A DNA stretch of 63,820 nucleotides, filler included, from Hyphochytrium catenoides (taxonomy: Eukaryota; Protista; Hyphochytriomycota), in the NCBI GenBank assembly GCA_900088475.1. It is 5 parts of 5 records of this genome, joined end to end, with 100 filler letters (N's around TTAATTAATTAA, not from the genome) between each part and the next. Parts side by side here need not be neighbours in the genome. Positions count along the whole stretch, not along the records: positions 24,171 to 47,044 come from FLMG01000097.1; 4 more parts are not named here. One strand, 5' to 3'. The notes beneath the pieces are model-generated. The model ran no database searches. It was not told the DNA's origin and saw only the letters and a list, made by a program, of their open reading frames with translations. Positions 27,101 through 39,559 of the stretch are shown one piece after another; within the stretch, counting starts at the first letter, position 1, and each line of letters starts with the position of its first letter. Made by a program: the position numbers and the translations under genes.

Positions 27101-27637
27101 AGCTGACTACCTAGCATGTAAAGGAGGTCGAGGTAAAGGCCTCGTCTAAACTGCATCCCTTTTTAAGGCCACAGTTTATGAGGCCCCTGGGGAGGCGTTT
27201 GTCTACTAAAAAAGAGAAGATTCAGATTGTGGAGTGTCCACTAACTTGTTAGTCGTTGCGCCCGGACGACGCTAATGTTGATATAATCGGACTAGGAGTC
27301 CTCCAGCGCAAAGCTAATGTCACAACCGTGGCTCTGTTCTTAGCTGCATCTCATCACGGTGAGCCCCAAGACCCTAATGAGCAGTCTTACAATTTGTTTC
27401 AACAAGTCGGTCATCAGAAGTTGTGGAGTCACACTATGGAAAGTGCCGCCCACTTGTCCGCGAAGCCGTCGTTGCAAGATCCAAGGGCCTAGGTAGGTGG
27501 TCCACCACTGACCTACCGCTGAAGTCCAGCAAACTACTGGTGCCCGTCATTTTCTCTCCGTTCTGTAGTATTCAAATTACCACTTCGGGCGATGATCTCT
27601 ATAATGCTATCAGTCACTGCCAAGCGATGCTTCTGAA

Positions 27638-29913
27638 CTACCTTGGGGTTGTGGCTTCCAAGTTCGCTGGCGAGGTGGAATAGGGTCTGCCGCATTCCCA
27701 TTCAAAAAGAGCACTAAGACAGGGGAGAATAGGTAGCCCTAGCTGCCCTTGGTTTGGCGGCTTGATTCCTCTGACTCTCATGAGCTGCAGTTTAAAGTAT
27801 ATCGCCGTTAAGGTAGAGTACACTTTGACCGCTATTCTTTTCGCTAAGACATGCTATTCCCCGAATCCTCTCGCGACCCTAGCATAGTAAAGTAGTTCAC
27901 ATTGACTTTTTCCGACAACAGTGTGTCTCACCTGCTGAATGTCCTTATACAGAAGGTGAATGCCCTGCTCAAACTTGTCTCGTTCCGTTCCCTTCCGGTA
28001 CAGCGGAAACTCCGTGCTCTGTCCTTGTATGTAGTCAATCACAACGGACCTGGAGCCATTGTACTGCAGCGGGTAGCGCAGGCTTATCTAGGTAGCCATA
28101 CGAGCTGCTTAGCTCTAGTTCCAACCATACATTACTGTACTGATCTCACCTGCAAATACTTGCTTAGAAGGAATGTGACATGGCAGACATAGCCCAGCGA
28201 TGTCGCAATCACATCATCGTCCCTGTACCCTGTAACGCAAGGCTATGAGCTGATAGCGCGGGCATAGCATCAGTCGTTGTGACCAACTTACAAATCAGTT
28301 CGCTGTCAGAAAGAGGAGCTCCAGCGATGGAGTAGACTCCCTTCTCTTTCTGTATAGGGTAAATGGACTTCAGCTCGTACAGAAGCATCAACTGCTGGGT
28401 CCTCGTCACTATTTGTGACCGCTCAATTTCCGCCCTGGGGTACATTGTACATGGTTAGCCGACGTCAAACCCAGCCCAGGAGAAGCAAGCCAGCCAGGAG
28501 GAGGTAGGCAGCACCTCTGATCATTTATCTTCCTTTCTGTCATGATAGGCTTCGTCTCTGTCTGGTTTTCCATATTCTGCAAAGTATCCTTAACTATATT
28601 CACTCTGGACAAAATTACTTCTTCTGTTGCGGCAGCCGCTTGCTCTAGCCAGAGACCCCATGAGAATACTTCGCGGGAGACAAAGGGAACAAACTGCTTA
28701 CCGCTCGCATAGAGGTTCTGATGCATCTCATACTCTTTTCGTAGCTCGGCAAGGGTTCGAATAGCTTCATTCTCTTCCGCTATCTACTCCACGAAAGATT
28801 GAGGCCCCAGCACCGTACACCACGCACGAGACTTACTCACCCGGCTCTGTTCAGCATCCTGATCCACCTGCCTTGCGATTTCTGACCAAAGGCGTGAATT
28901 CTCTTGCCGTATATTCTGTAAGGTAAGCTTCGATCCAGAATGAGACTTGGCACGTTTATGATTAGGAGAACGACACTAATTATTCTTACCTTGCGCTCGA
29001 CCAGCTCCTCCACTCTGGTCAGCGAGTCAATGAACTCGAAGCTTGTACATTGGTCTCGAAGAGGCGGTGGAATACTTTGCCGGGACGGGATTACTCCGTT
29101 GCCTCGAAGGTGAGTGTAAACGGTTGCGGTGGAGTACAGTCCATCAAGGAGTTCAAAGAAGATGGAGTTGCGTGGGGCCGTCGATATAGAAGTGAGGGGA
29201 ACCCCCATCGGCTGCAGCTTCTTCAGAAGCACATCAATTGATAGAAGATATCTCCCATTCTCCTCTGCAAAAATTGATTTAGAAGTGTCCGCTAGTTTTA
29301 CGATAGGGTCAGCACATACCGCCTGAATTGAGTCCTTGAAGGGGATAAATAGGAAGGTCAGTGAATGCGTGATTTATTGCCCCTCCCATCGTGGTCGATG
29401 GCTGAGCCTTGAGCATCTCAAATACTTTGGGATGCACCGCTTCTCTTTGTCGAAGAAGAATGTCAAGTCTAAAGCCTGCTCACGTCCGTTAGCGCGAGAT
29501 AAGTAAGGAGGGCATACAGAAATGCAGCATGGCATTGTCCTTACTTCGCGAGTCCTGGAAGTACTTTCTTCTGCTCTCGTGTAGTTCTATAGGAAGCCAG
29601 GTGGGGTTCACCGTCCCGAAAATGCCCTCACTTCTGTATACGACGACGCCTTCTACCACTGTGACAGCAGTACGCGGGGACCAATGTGAATCCCGTTCAA
29701 TGCAGCTCCAGTGATGCATCTAGGAACACATACCTATCTCATAACAGAGGCACTCATCAGGGTGAATCCTCTCAGGCAGCGATAGATTCCTTCCAACGAT
29801 GCTCTTGACGTGCCAGAGACGTCGCTACAGAAGGATGCCAATCAGAATGCTTCATTGTCTGGCAGTGCAATGACACGTACGTGGTCCGGGATCAAAAATT
29901 GCTGCCTCTTCAT
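27638..29913 (-). CDS. UVRAG: UV radiation resistance-associated protein / Vps38 (PI3K complex II subunit), multi-exon with short introns
   Basis: Spliced N-terminus MKRQQFLIPDH|RRLWHVKSIVGRNL..YRSEGIFGTVNPTW (C2-like), PRNSIFFELLDGLY, a coiled coil, ELKSIYPI, IATSLGYVCH..LLSKYLQ, GSRSVVIDY..FPLYRKGTERDKFEQGIHLLYKDIQQ|LMRVRG (BARA2-like). Stop at 27638. Confidence 0.85.
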
Positions 29914-30431
29914 CACCTCCAACAGCGGCTCACTCTTCGGCCCGCCTCTTCCTCCTTGTCCCTCAACCAAAGGCCGAAGCAGATTTCGCCCTCACTATGG
30001 AGCTAAAGTGCACTAGCCTTCGCATTGGGCCTCGAAGATGTTGGAACTTAAAACACGACGGACTGAAGCCACTTATACATTCCTCTTTTATGATCCAGCA
30101 AAAGTGCCGTTACGTTTGCCAGCAGAATGATTGCCCTTCGATCGCCACTTTCAGGCTCAACGTCCTCTCTCTGGAAGGTAGCTGAAGCGGGAGATAGCAG
30201 CGATGCACGACTGACATCTGTGGGCTTTATGAGCGCTAAAATCACGTCAGAATGCAAATGAGGTGAGGCCTCACAAGCGTACATTGTAGACAATACAATT
30301 GTTCTTGTTCTTGTCCACTTCATGAAAGAAACCTTGGAGGTTTGACGAATGCTTCACAAATACACAGAAAGACCAACCTTCATTTTTGTTTGCAACAAAT
30401 GCCTTCTGTTTCTTGAAAGTTATGCTCGACT

Positions 30432-31472
30432 TCAACTGTAAGCTCTGTCACAGATCTTCTGCTTCAATGCATTCTCAAACTCAACATCCCGCCACAAAGA
30501 CTCATTGCCATCTGTCGGCGGGGTTGCTGCCGATGTCAAAATCTTTGTTAAGGAACGCGATAGGGCCCCGGCAGAGTCCTCCACTTTCGTGTCCCGTTCC
30601 GATAGGGGTCGCGGTAGGAGTCGACGCTCTTGTATCCAAACGATATGGCTCTAGAGGATCATGAGATAGCGAGCTTTCAGATGGAACCGCCGTCTGGCGA
30701 AGCCAGCTAAGCTTACATTGGCTTTATCGAATGCTTCATGACAGGCTATAATTATGGCATCGTGGAGAATCAGATTACTCCAGATAGCTTCATAAGCAAG
30801 ACCTAGAGAAGAGAGCGAGCCCTCATGGTTAGTGCTGGGCTGCGATGTAATCTTGTCTTCCATTCTAATGAGCAGGATGAAGTCCAATTGAACATCTTCT
30901 ATGGGACTCAAGTTCTCATCTCGAGTGATAAAATCATAAGTAAAGCGTGGCTCAATGCCGTCAATGGCCATGGTAACTGTGGAGTCTGACGTAGAAGTGG
31001 CACTTGGCTTCTTTCTCTTTTTCGACTTCTTTCCATCGAGGAGAACTGACTTTCTGAAGGTTTTTCGCCTCCGGCCATTGACTTCGCCGAGGCGCCGCGG
31101 GAAGTTGAAGTTTGCCTGTTGTAAGGTTCCCATCACAGACTCTTGAAGACTGGGTACGGACATATAGTAGGGATTAGGGGTGTTGTTGGCCATTGGAAAG
31201 CCAACGGTTATGGGGAATTTTTGCTCTTCCTTTCCAATACCCTGTTCCAGATTCTTGTGACCAAGAACTCCATCTATGCATAGCTCCTTCAGTTGGAAGG
31301 TCCATACAATCTTCAATTCATAAGATGGCTCCTTTTGGAGATAGTTGCCAAAGAAAGCACGATCTCTCTTTCCTAGTCCGGGGCTAACTTGAACCACAGT
31401 CTCCGTGCGGACCAAATCCGACGTTGATGATTGTGTCACTGCAGATGACAACTTACTACTTTGAGTTCCCAT
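30432..31472 (-). CDS. Hypothetical protein with predicted N-myristoylation (MGTQSSK) and a basic cluster
   Basis: 273-aa ORF from ATG 31472; a GT donor after AFDKAN and an in-phase acceptor at about 30651 extend it to TGA at 30432. No family recognised. Confidence 0.5.
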
Positions 31473-31970
31473 CGGTGTCGACTCGCCGCTTAAATTGATA
31501 CTGACAATGTCATAATTAGAGCGAAAATTGAGAAGTGGTGCGGACGAACCTTCTCGCCCTTTTACCGTGATTGCGCAGTGTTCTAGCTCTAGCCTTATTA
31601 GAAATCAAGATCCAGCGTAATTCGCTCGGGATCTATTTAGCTCTTTCTCTTATTCTCCAGAATGATTCTCGAAGGCAGGACCAGCCGGTAATAAGATGAA
31701 TTTAGATTTTCCGGAGCTGAGTGATTTCATTCAAAAGGCGCCATTGAGACAAATCGGGCTGCGCAAATCCAGACAAGGCACAGGAAACCAAGGGTTCAGA
31801 CGTGATCAAAGTCAATCTTTCCCGTTCATTGAGATCCATAAACCTGCGACGATAGGCTAAACCTGACACGACAGTGCGATAATAGCATTGTCTGCCATAC
31901 TACAGAGTGTCGAACTTGCACCAGGTAGTGCTCGCTGTACCTTATTACGAAGGCCAGCCGGCAAACAAAG

Positions 31971-33171
31971 ATGCAGCTACGGACAGAAGAAGGACCTACT
32001 GCGGTTGGAGAAGATTGCGCGGCAGAAAGAAAGACGACTAAGGCTGTGATTGGTAGTGCTGATCTTAATCGGGACTACTCTGCCTTCCGAAAGTACTTGT
32101 TATGCTTGTAAGTGGTACTCTTGCTCTTTAGTAAATGGCCTTAGGACGTTCTGAAGACCAGATATCACGATATGTACCTCAGTATAGAGCGCACTAGTGA
32201 CATGGAGAAGAGCCTTGCTCAGTCCATGGCAGAGGCGTACGCGGCTAAATCTGATAGCAGATCCAAAGACCTAGCCTTCAGAGATGAGATAGATAGGCTT
32301 GAGGACCTGAGGCGCAACGAGGAAGCCGAATATCAAGCCAGAATAGCAGAGTATGAGAGAAAGCTCTGTGAATACAGCTGGCAAGTGCAACAAGCGGAGC
32401 ACAACCAAAGTCTTATTGAGGAGAAGTTAGCCGTACGGACCAACATCATTGAGCAACTGACACGTGAGAAGTTGACCTTGGAGGCTAAGGCAAGCATTCC
32501 TTCCAGACAGGAGAGAACTAGGAAGTCAGATGGAAATGTAGCCTGGGTTGCTATCAGCCAACACCCTGATTACAACCAGCTTCTTGCCAAGCACCAAGCG
32601 CTGCAGCAGTCTTGCCACGAGAACAGGCTGCAAATTCAGCACTTGGAGAACAAAGCCGAGGAGTTGGGCAAGGAAGTCTCACGACTTCTTCTGAAAGTAA
32701 GAACTTGCACCCTCACTCGTACCTGAGAGCAGCCGCATGATGATATAACTGCCACTATGCCACTTTGAACAGCAACCGCCTCTCAGATCTAAGGAATCAA
32801 GGTTGAACAGGACACGTGAAGTACCAGGGCAGGAGGAGAATCTATCATCAGGTGATAGAGCCAGCACTGAGGGAATGCAGCTGAAGAAGAGTGAGGAACA
32901 GAGCTTTAGGAGGTTACAAGAGCTGGAGACAGCAATCTCGGGCCTTCGTTTAGAGCTTGCAACGACGAAGGAGCAGGCAACTCAGTACCTATCAGCTCTG
33001 GAGCTTGTAAAGAAAGAGAAGTTAGAAGTGGAAGGAAGTTATCTCGCAGCACAATCCTTGGCTGCTAAGCTACAGAAAGTCGTAGAGGAGCAAAACCGAA
33101 CTCTGCAGCTAGGAGAAACGGTGACTGCTACCTGCAGCAGAACCGAAGTCGGATGTCCTCCTACTGATTAA
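31971..33171 (+). CDS. Hypothetical long coiled-coil protein (5' end uncertain, possibly ATG 31662)
   Basis: ORFs 32172..32726 and 32803..33171 are heptad-like and E/Q/K/L-rich, with GT-AG junctions. The stop at 33171 faces the ProRS stop. Confidence 0.55.
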
Positions 33172-33175
33172 AGCC

Positions 33176-34903
33176 CTAGCACTTTATTAGCTGCTTTAGC
33201 TCCTCTGCGCTCACAAAGCTCCGAGAACCCGCGGCACGGTCGTGGAGTTCATACTTGCCATCGCTCAGAAATTTCTTTCCGACTATGATAATGTACGGGT
33301 AGCCCAGCAGCTCAGCCTCTGTCATTTTGGTTCCGAACGACTCTAAGTATCTATCGTCCAGCAAGACATCTGTACCCTGCGGGCGAAGGCAGCCACTCAA
33401 GTCTCTCGCCAGTTCTTGCGCATGCGCCACCGCTGGATCATCCGTCTTCTGCTTCTTACCTCCAACCGTCAAGATGCAGGCACGATAAGGAGCCACTGCC
33501 ACTGGCCAAATGATCCCTTTGGCATCATGAGAGCTCTCAACAATCCCAGATAGGATGCGGGAGATGCCCAGACCATAGCATCCCATCTCAATGTCCCGCT
33601 TCACTTGGTCTTTTCCGACAAATTGTGCTCCCATAGGTTTTGAGTATGTAGTGCCGAGGTAGAAGACGTGGCCAACCTCAATGCCGCGGAGCGCAGATAG
33701 CGACCCAGTGCCACAAGTGCAGGGATCACCTTCTTCGGCTGTTTTGAAGTCTCCTCTGTGGACGGTGAGCTCTGCTTCTCCATGTGATAGGCGCATCCCA
33801 GCAAGAGCTTCGTCTAGAAAGACTATCGTGCTATGGAACTCCTTTCTATCTATTGCCCCTACCGCGATCTCTTTGAGGTGGCTTATATCAATGTGCGCCT
33901 TCAGCTTGACAGGATTGGCGGTGCGGCCATCTGGCACAGCCACGATCACTAAGGAAGTGCCCTGGCTCGGCTCCTCATACTCAAAGACCTCAACTTTTAC
34001 TCCCCACTTCGCAGCTTCGATGCCTTTTGCAATAGCTACTAGCTCGACCATGGGCAGGTCTGCCACGGAAGGCTCTGACGATGAGGAGATGGACGGTGCC
34101 AGCTCTGCATTGGCAGCATATCCGCAGGATGAGCATGTAAGGAGAGTGTCTTCGCCGACCTTCGAAAGAATGTGAAACTCGTGCGAAAGCTTTCCTCCTA
34201 TCTGTCCTGTGTCCGCTTCTACCTCCTTGAAGGGAACGCCTAATCTACTAAAGATGCGATGGTACGCTGCTTGCACTTCCTTATAGGTCTCTTGAGCTTC
34301 CTCTACAGTCGCATCGAAGGTGTATAAGTCCTTCATGATAAACTCTCTGGCGCGCTGAAGGCCGAAGCGAGGACGGATCTCGTCTCTGTACTTTGGGCCG
34401 ATCTGATAGAGACGAACCGGCAGCTGTTTATAAGAGGTAACAGTGCTAGCCACGAGTGAAGTAAACAGCTCCTCATGCGTTGGGCCCAAGCAGTAATCCT
34501 CCCCTCTGCGATCTTTCAGCCTAAAGAGCTCCGCTCCTGCCTTGTCCCAGCGACCAGAAAGCTCCCAGTCTTGCTTAGAGATCAGTGAAGGCATTTTGAG
34601 CTTTGTGCAATTCATACGTGCAAGCTCCTCGTCCACAATCGACTCCACGCGCTCCAGAACGCGCATAGCCAAAGGCAGTAGCATGTATGTGCCATTTGCT
34701 GCCTTGCGAATGTATCCGCCACGGACAAGGAGTCCGTAGCTTGGAATGGCTGCTTCATGTGGCGCCTCTCGCTTCGTAGGGATGAACTGGGTAGATCTAA
34801 ATGTGTAGGTCCTCGACAAAGACGGCGAGCGGCACCGCAGCAACCCTCCGCTGGCAGCGAGGCACCTCCTGAAGGCCAGAGGCCTCAAGCTGCAGAAGCT
34901 CAT
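33176..34903 (-). CDS. PARS2: Prolyl-tRNA synthetase, bacterial-type, mitochondrial (PARS2-like), intronless
   Basis: Motifs LLVRGGYIR, WELSGRW, LGPTHEE, SYKQLPVRLYQIGPKYRDEIRPRFGLQRAREFIMKDLYTFD, ADTGQIGGKLSHEFH, RGIEVGHVFYLGTTYS, MGCYGLGISR, GIIWPVAVAPY, VLLDDR. An R/S-rich acid-free presequence begins at ATG 34903 (MSFCSLRPLAFRR); an upstream in-frame ATG exists at 34990. Confidence 0.96.
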   Translation of the reverse strand: MSFCSLRPLAFRRCLAASGGLLRCRSPSLSRTYTFRSTQFIPTKREAPHEAAIPSYGLLVRGGYIRKAANGTYMLLPLAMRVLERVESIVDEELARMNCTKLKMPSLISKQDWELSGRWDKAGAELFRLKDRRGEDYCLGPTHEELFTSLVASTVTSYKQLPVRLYQIGPKYRDEIRPRFGLQRAREFIMKDLYTFDATVEEAQETYKEVQAAYHRIFSRLGVPFKEVEADTGQIGGKLSHEFHILSKVGEDTLLTCSSCGYAANAELAPSISSSSEPSVADLPMVELVAIAKGIEAAKWGVKVEVFEYEEPSQGTSLVIVAVPDGRTANPVKLKAHIDISHLKEIAVGAIDRKEFHSTIVFLDEALAGMRLSHGEAELTVHRGDFKTAEEGDPCTCGTGSLSALRGIEVGHVFYLGTTYSKPMGAQFVGKDQVKRDIEMGCYGLGISRILSGIVESSHDAKGIIWPVAVAPYRACILTVGGKKQKTDDPAVAHAQELARDLSGCLRPQGTDVLLDDRYLESFGTKMTEAELLGYPYIIIVGKKFLSDGKYELHDRAAGSRSFVSAEELKQLIKC

Positions 34904-34907
34904 CTTA

Positions 34908-36295
34908 TCAAAGTGCCATCCACAAGGCCGACAGTAAACCCGTGACTTGTGAGGACCAGGACAGTAGATGGTCGGGGGTGCTGCAGGCATCAATAGTAAC
35001 CTTCACTCCAAAGCAGTTTGCGCTTATAGGCATTTCATGCCTCCTCTCCTCCAGATCAACCTCACCCCAAGCTTCTGATGTGTAGTCGGTAACGCCTATC
35101 CTCGCCTCCAATGGAATGACTTGAGACTCTTCACGTTCCTTTACATCAGGCTGCTATCCGGTGAGCACGGTAAGCAGCTAAGGAAGGTGCTGATGAGGGC
35201 GTGAACTGATGAGCTAAAATGAAGAAGGTCCTGTCGTGGATGCGAAAACGCAATGGCTGCCACATCTTCATCAGCATCTTGCCTTCGAGAGCCTTGGTGA
35301 CGAGGGCCGGAGCTGCCACATGTCACTTAGGACTGCACCAAGCGTTCTGTCTTGCATTTCTTGCCCCAGTAGCCGAGAGCACAGTATTGTGACCGAACCA
35401 TAGAAGGAGTGGGATAGACGCTGCTTGGGCCGGTCAATGTCGGCTCTGCCCAACCGCTGGTTGAAGGCTAAGCGTTCAAAGAGTGGCTTGAAGTCAGCCA
35501 TCTGGTGCTTTTCAGTAGCAGAGTGTTTTCCTTCCTGCGGGAGACTGAGGGAACGAAGAGCCATTCTTATGGCGAGTACACCCTTGTGACAAGCTTCACT
35601 GATCAAAGTATAGGGTTCTTTTTCCTGGGGACCGCGTACTCTTCAGCAAGTAAACAATGCGTACAGTTTAGGCTTCAAGTGAACTAGCGCTTGATAGGAC
35701 GCTATCGTTCCTTACTCCCTCGTCCTCCCAATCCGGTATGGTCTCCTCATTCCTGCACGAACCCTATTCCGCACCTATCATAAGTCCATTCTTTGGACGC
35801 TGCCGTCAGTAATTTCTACTAGTCCTCCCGGAGCTGGTCCGTTCATATCGGGCGCTGATACACCTAATGTGAGACCTTGTTACGTTCATCTCCGGCCAGT
35901 ACGTCTTGCTAGCAATAATCTGACGTACCTTTGAGCTGGTAGGTTAGCAAACCACATAACCTAAGTTTGATGCAACATTTCAAGCAGGGAGATTGCCCTT
36001 ATAATATAAGAATGAATAGGAAACTTGCCAACCTCTATCTGCCCCCCTGTCAGTCTCCGGAAGCCTGAGCCAGAATCCATCATCGTAGAGCTAGATTTTA
36101 GGAGGTTGCTACGAAGCCATAATAGCGTTTCTCTTGATCCCCCAGCCCTCTACTTTCAGGCACTTACGGTCTCGGGCTTCGAGAGACAAGGCTTAGGCTT
36201 TCGCGTCCCTTAGAGGCGATGATGGTCGTTGGCCGAGCTGCTGTGGCAGATATCCTGCCCACATCTTCGAGGCCTGTCGCTGTCCGCGCCAACAT
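34908..36295 (-). CDS. Putative multi-exon hypothetical gene ending 4 nt upstream of the ProRS start
   Basis: Protein-like terminal exon QPDVKEREESQVIPLEARIGVTDY..CFGVKVTIDACSTPDHLLSWSSQVTGLLSALWMAL* (about 35153..34908), ORF 35271..35606 and several GT-AG pairs upstream. The complete exon path was not resolved. Confidence 0.35.
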
Positions 36296-36434
36296 ACTTA
36301 AAACTGCTTCTGCCGCTGAGTATGCTATAATGCGTTGCCATCATCCCGCTCTTTATCTTAGCGCACTCGAAGGCTTCTTTAGCTCAGCAGCACGGGCACT
36401 TTCACAACCTCCCAAGCCTAATAATGCACGAAAC

Positions 36435-36906
36435 CTAGCTTGGGGAGGGGAAAGAGCTGCGCTTGGTACGATTGTGACAGTCCCGGAATGCGGCCCACTC
36501 CTGCAGGATAAACAGCGCGGGCATCATGTCACAAGCTCAACGATAATACTGAGTAACAAGCTCAAAGCCAGCTATAGTTAGCGACACTCTACCTTGCGAC
36601 AAGCTGACACCAGGCCTCCGTGGTTCTTCATACATTCTGCATCTCAGTGATAAGAACTATAAACTCAGGATGTTCTTGGATAAATAGCAACTTACCATCA
36701 ACTGCTTCGTAGGTTTCTGCACATCCTGACCATTCGACTAGGTCTGCATGCACCTCTGGCTTGTCGGGTTTGCAGTCCGTACATACTACCTCCTCCTGCT
36801 CTTGTTTCTTGCCGCTATCGGGAACACTGGTAGCAGGGATCTCGGCCATACCAGGTGAGGAAGTGACATGATTGTTCTCTGTTCTCCTAGACTGCGCGGT
36901 ACCCAT
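36435..36906 (-). CDS. Small twin-CX9C (CHCH) mitochondrial intermembrane-space protein, COA4/CMC-like
   Basis: Exons 36906..36696, 36636..36593 and 36500..36435 splice to MGTAQS..VVCTDCKPDK..SGCAETYEAVDECMKNHGGLVSACRKEWAAFRDCHNRTKRSSFPSPS*, with two exact CX9C motifs. The motifs are not visible in the unspliced ORF track. Confidence 0.8.
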
Positions 36907-39559
36907 TATCATCTGATCTCTTGTGACCAACACTAAGCTCGCCTCTTGGACACCTCTAGATAACCAAGCACATTGCGCGATATCGTAGGGCTGTGTCCTC
37001 TGCCAGATGATAGCTCTGGGGGAGGCTAGATCACTAAAGCGAAGGATCTTCCGCAGGGTGACTGTACGATCAGCCCAGGTGTCATCCCATAGAGCTTCGA
37101 CTTCCCCTTGCCAAGCTGGGCTAGAGCATGAGCGCGAACAATGCCTCTTCTTACTGGCTTTCCTTCAGGTCTGTGGATGGTTCTGACTTTTCTGATGGCA
37201 AACATCCCACATGAAAGTCTTTAGGCCTAGGAGTGATATTTAGAATATGACGTAATATATATTCGACAGGATCATCATTTCGTGATTTCATTTAAGATAA
37301 ATGATGTTTTTGAAGGTACGAGGTGTTACAGATTCTCCTCTGACAAGCGGACGATGCAAGCATCACTGTCGCTGCGTGTCAGCGGACCAGAGGACCATCT
37401 GCAGACGTCTGAAGAGGAACATGGAGCCGCCCTTATGCGGATGAAGCATGAGAAGCAGTAGATTTTGGGTCCGCTAGGACCACGTTTGCAGGGAAGGAAG
37501 GACTATCATTGGAGCTAGGATGGGTTAACTAAGTCACGACTAAATGTCGGGAATTTCTCACCCTGACGACGCCTCCATCTGGGCGGTGCCCTACCAAATT
37601 GTCTACGCCACAGCGAAGTATGGCAATGCTGTCGACCTGGGTGGCTCAGGGCGAAAGCAGGTTAAAAGTGACGTTGGCAATAGATCTAGCGGCTGGGTCT
37701 GCAAGCAGTAAGGCCCGACATTCTTATTTGCGAATGTGGTCGTAGATTGACACAACTTCAACGTATGTCGCAGGAGTGACGGCTTTCCGCAGGAAGTGGT
37801 AGTGGTATTTCCTCAGAGAGTCTGCGTGACAGACATTCACCTCGTGTCTCACGAAGTCTGGGTCCCAAGCGCAGGTAGCAGTCTGGGCTCTAAACCCACA
37901 AAACGCTTTCCCGCTGCTTAGAGTCTGCGGCAGGCTGCTCATCACTCAGCACAGCTATTTGACCTTCTTCCTCCCCCAATCTACTAACGGGCNNNNNNNN
38001 NNNNNNNNNNNNNNNNNNNNNNNNNNNNNNNNNNNNNNNNNNNNNNNNNNNNCGGCCGCGTGGCCACCGTCTGTATAGTCGACGTCTACTTCTCCACTTC
38101 TGACAATGCTCTTAGAGGTGGCCTGGGTTCCTATGTCTTCCAACCTCTAAGGTACGACTGGAAGTAGCCCTCTTAAGGCTTCAGGCGACCCGCATCCAGC
38201 TTGTCAGCTCCTTCTTCCATTCGGTCTTCTACTCCCGGACCTGCCGCTCATTCTCCCTAGCCAATACTCCGTAGGCCATTGTCTTCGGCGTTTTTGACCT
38301 GGACATTACTCATTGCGAACCACTTCCGTTGAACTCTGTCTTGGTCTAGACAAGGTGCTCCAGTTTCTCCTGCTCTTTACAATCTAAGCCTTCTCTTTTT
38401 CAGAAGAGTGCATTTTTCTATGCACGACACTACCGCTTCCGTCCGAGAAGTTAAGGTTGTCCATACTCGGGTCATAGCGGACGCTATGAAGCTGCGGGTC
38501 CACGGCTGCCTTAGAAGTCAAAGGAATGCTCAGAATATCGTAAGACAAAAGGAGAGGAGACGAGGACCAGTTGGCATTAGCTCGACTGCTCACCGCTCTG
38601 CACAAGTCCCTCTTGCTCCCAAAACCTTCCTAGAGCGGCAACTCCCTGCTGCTCTGGCTCTGCTGCTTATCGTGGTGTTCGTCTAATACCGATGCAATGA
38701 CTTCTCTGACCCCATTCATTCTACCTCTCCTCGAGTGCTTTCTTACAATTCTCCATCGCACTCTAGGTAGCTCTCTGCTTCTTTTCTCTTTCACCGTCGT
38801 GCACTAACTCTCTCCATTCAACATATTAGGCATGTCTGACGTCCCTGGAGGTGTTTGGCTCCTTTGACCTCTCTTTTGACCAGTGGCCTACAGACTTAAT
38901 CAAAACTGCTAGACATGATGATACAAGACCCGACCTTACGGAGCTCCGCATCCTACCACCCATCAGCCCCGTAAGTCAAACGAGGCAGAACAAGGACGTT
39001 ACTTTCAGACACCACAGTCTTTTCTGGTTCTCAACCTCCTTGCGGCTAAAACCCGTCCTCAGGGAGATTCCGTTTTGTCTTCGCCCTCTCTTCCTTCGTA
39101 TGGATTCTTATTGCTTTAACATCGAAGTGATTTCTACCGCGTGTTGCAGCCACATCAGAAGGGAAGTCCAGGTGTTGGAGGAAGAGAGAGCCCAGACCGT
39201 AAAGGAGAAGGGAGAGCGGAGGTTCCTCTGCCGATTGTACGGCGCGAGGTACCTCTAGATATGCGAAGTGTACGTGTTAGAAGCAGATAGCACTGAAAGG
39301 GAAAGAGGAGGATCTTCCACCGTTAAGCCTCCAAGTTTTCACTTCTTTCCTCTTCCTCACTCCTTCGTTCGTGCTTCAACCGATCGTTACTTTCGTGGGT
39401 GCTCTAGTCGGCTCAAGTTCAAACCCTATCTTTCCATCTAGATCTTCCCTCTCCTCCTCTCCATCTCCTCCTTACCTAATACCTTGAAGGCTGTTCTTCT
39501 GATTGAGAAGCATTAGAGTCTGCTCAGCGCATTGATAAATTTCGGGTCTTTCTCTCGGC

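Noticed and set aside
24171-27600. Short ORFs and a GC-rich ~10-bp hairpin at about 25872-25912
   Set aside because: No recognisable domains and many stops; it looks like decayed sequence. A single short hairpin is expected by chance.
37380-38700. Coding-like fragments on the - strand around an N gap
   Set aside because: Interrupted by stops with no identifiable motif; cannot support a gene or element call.
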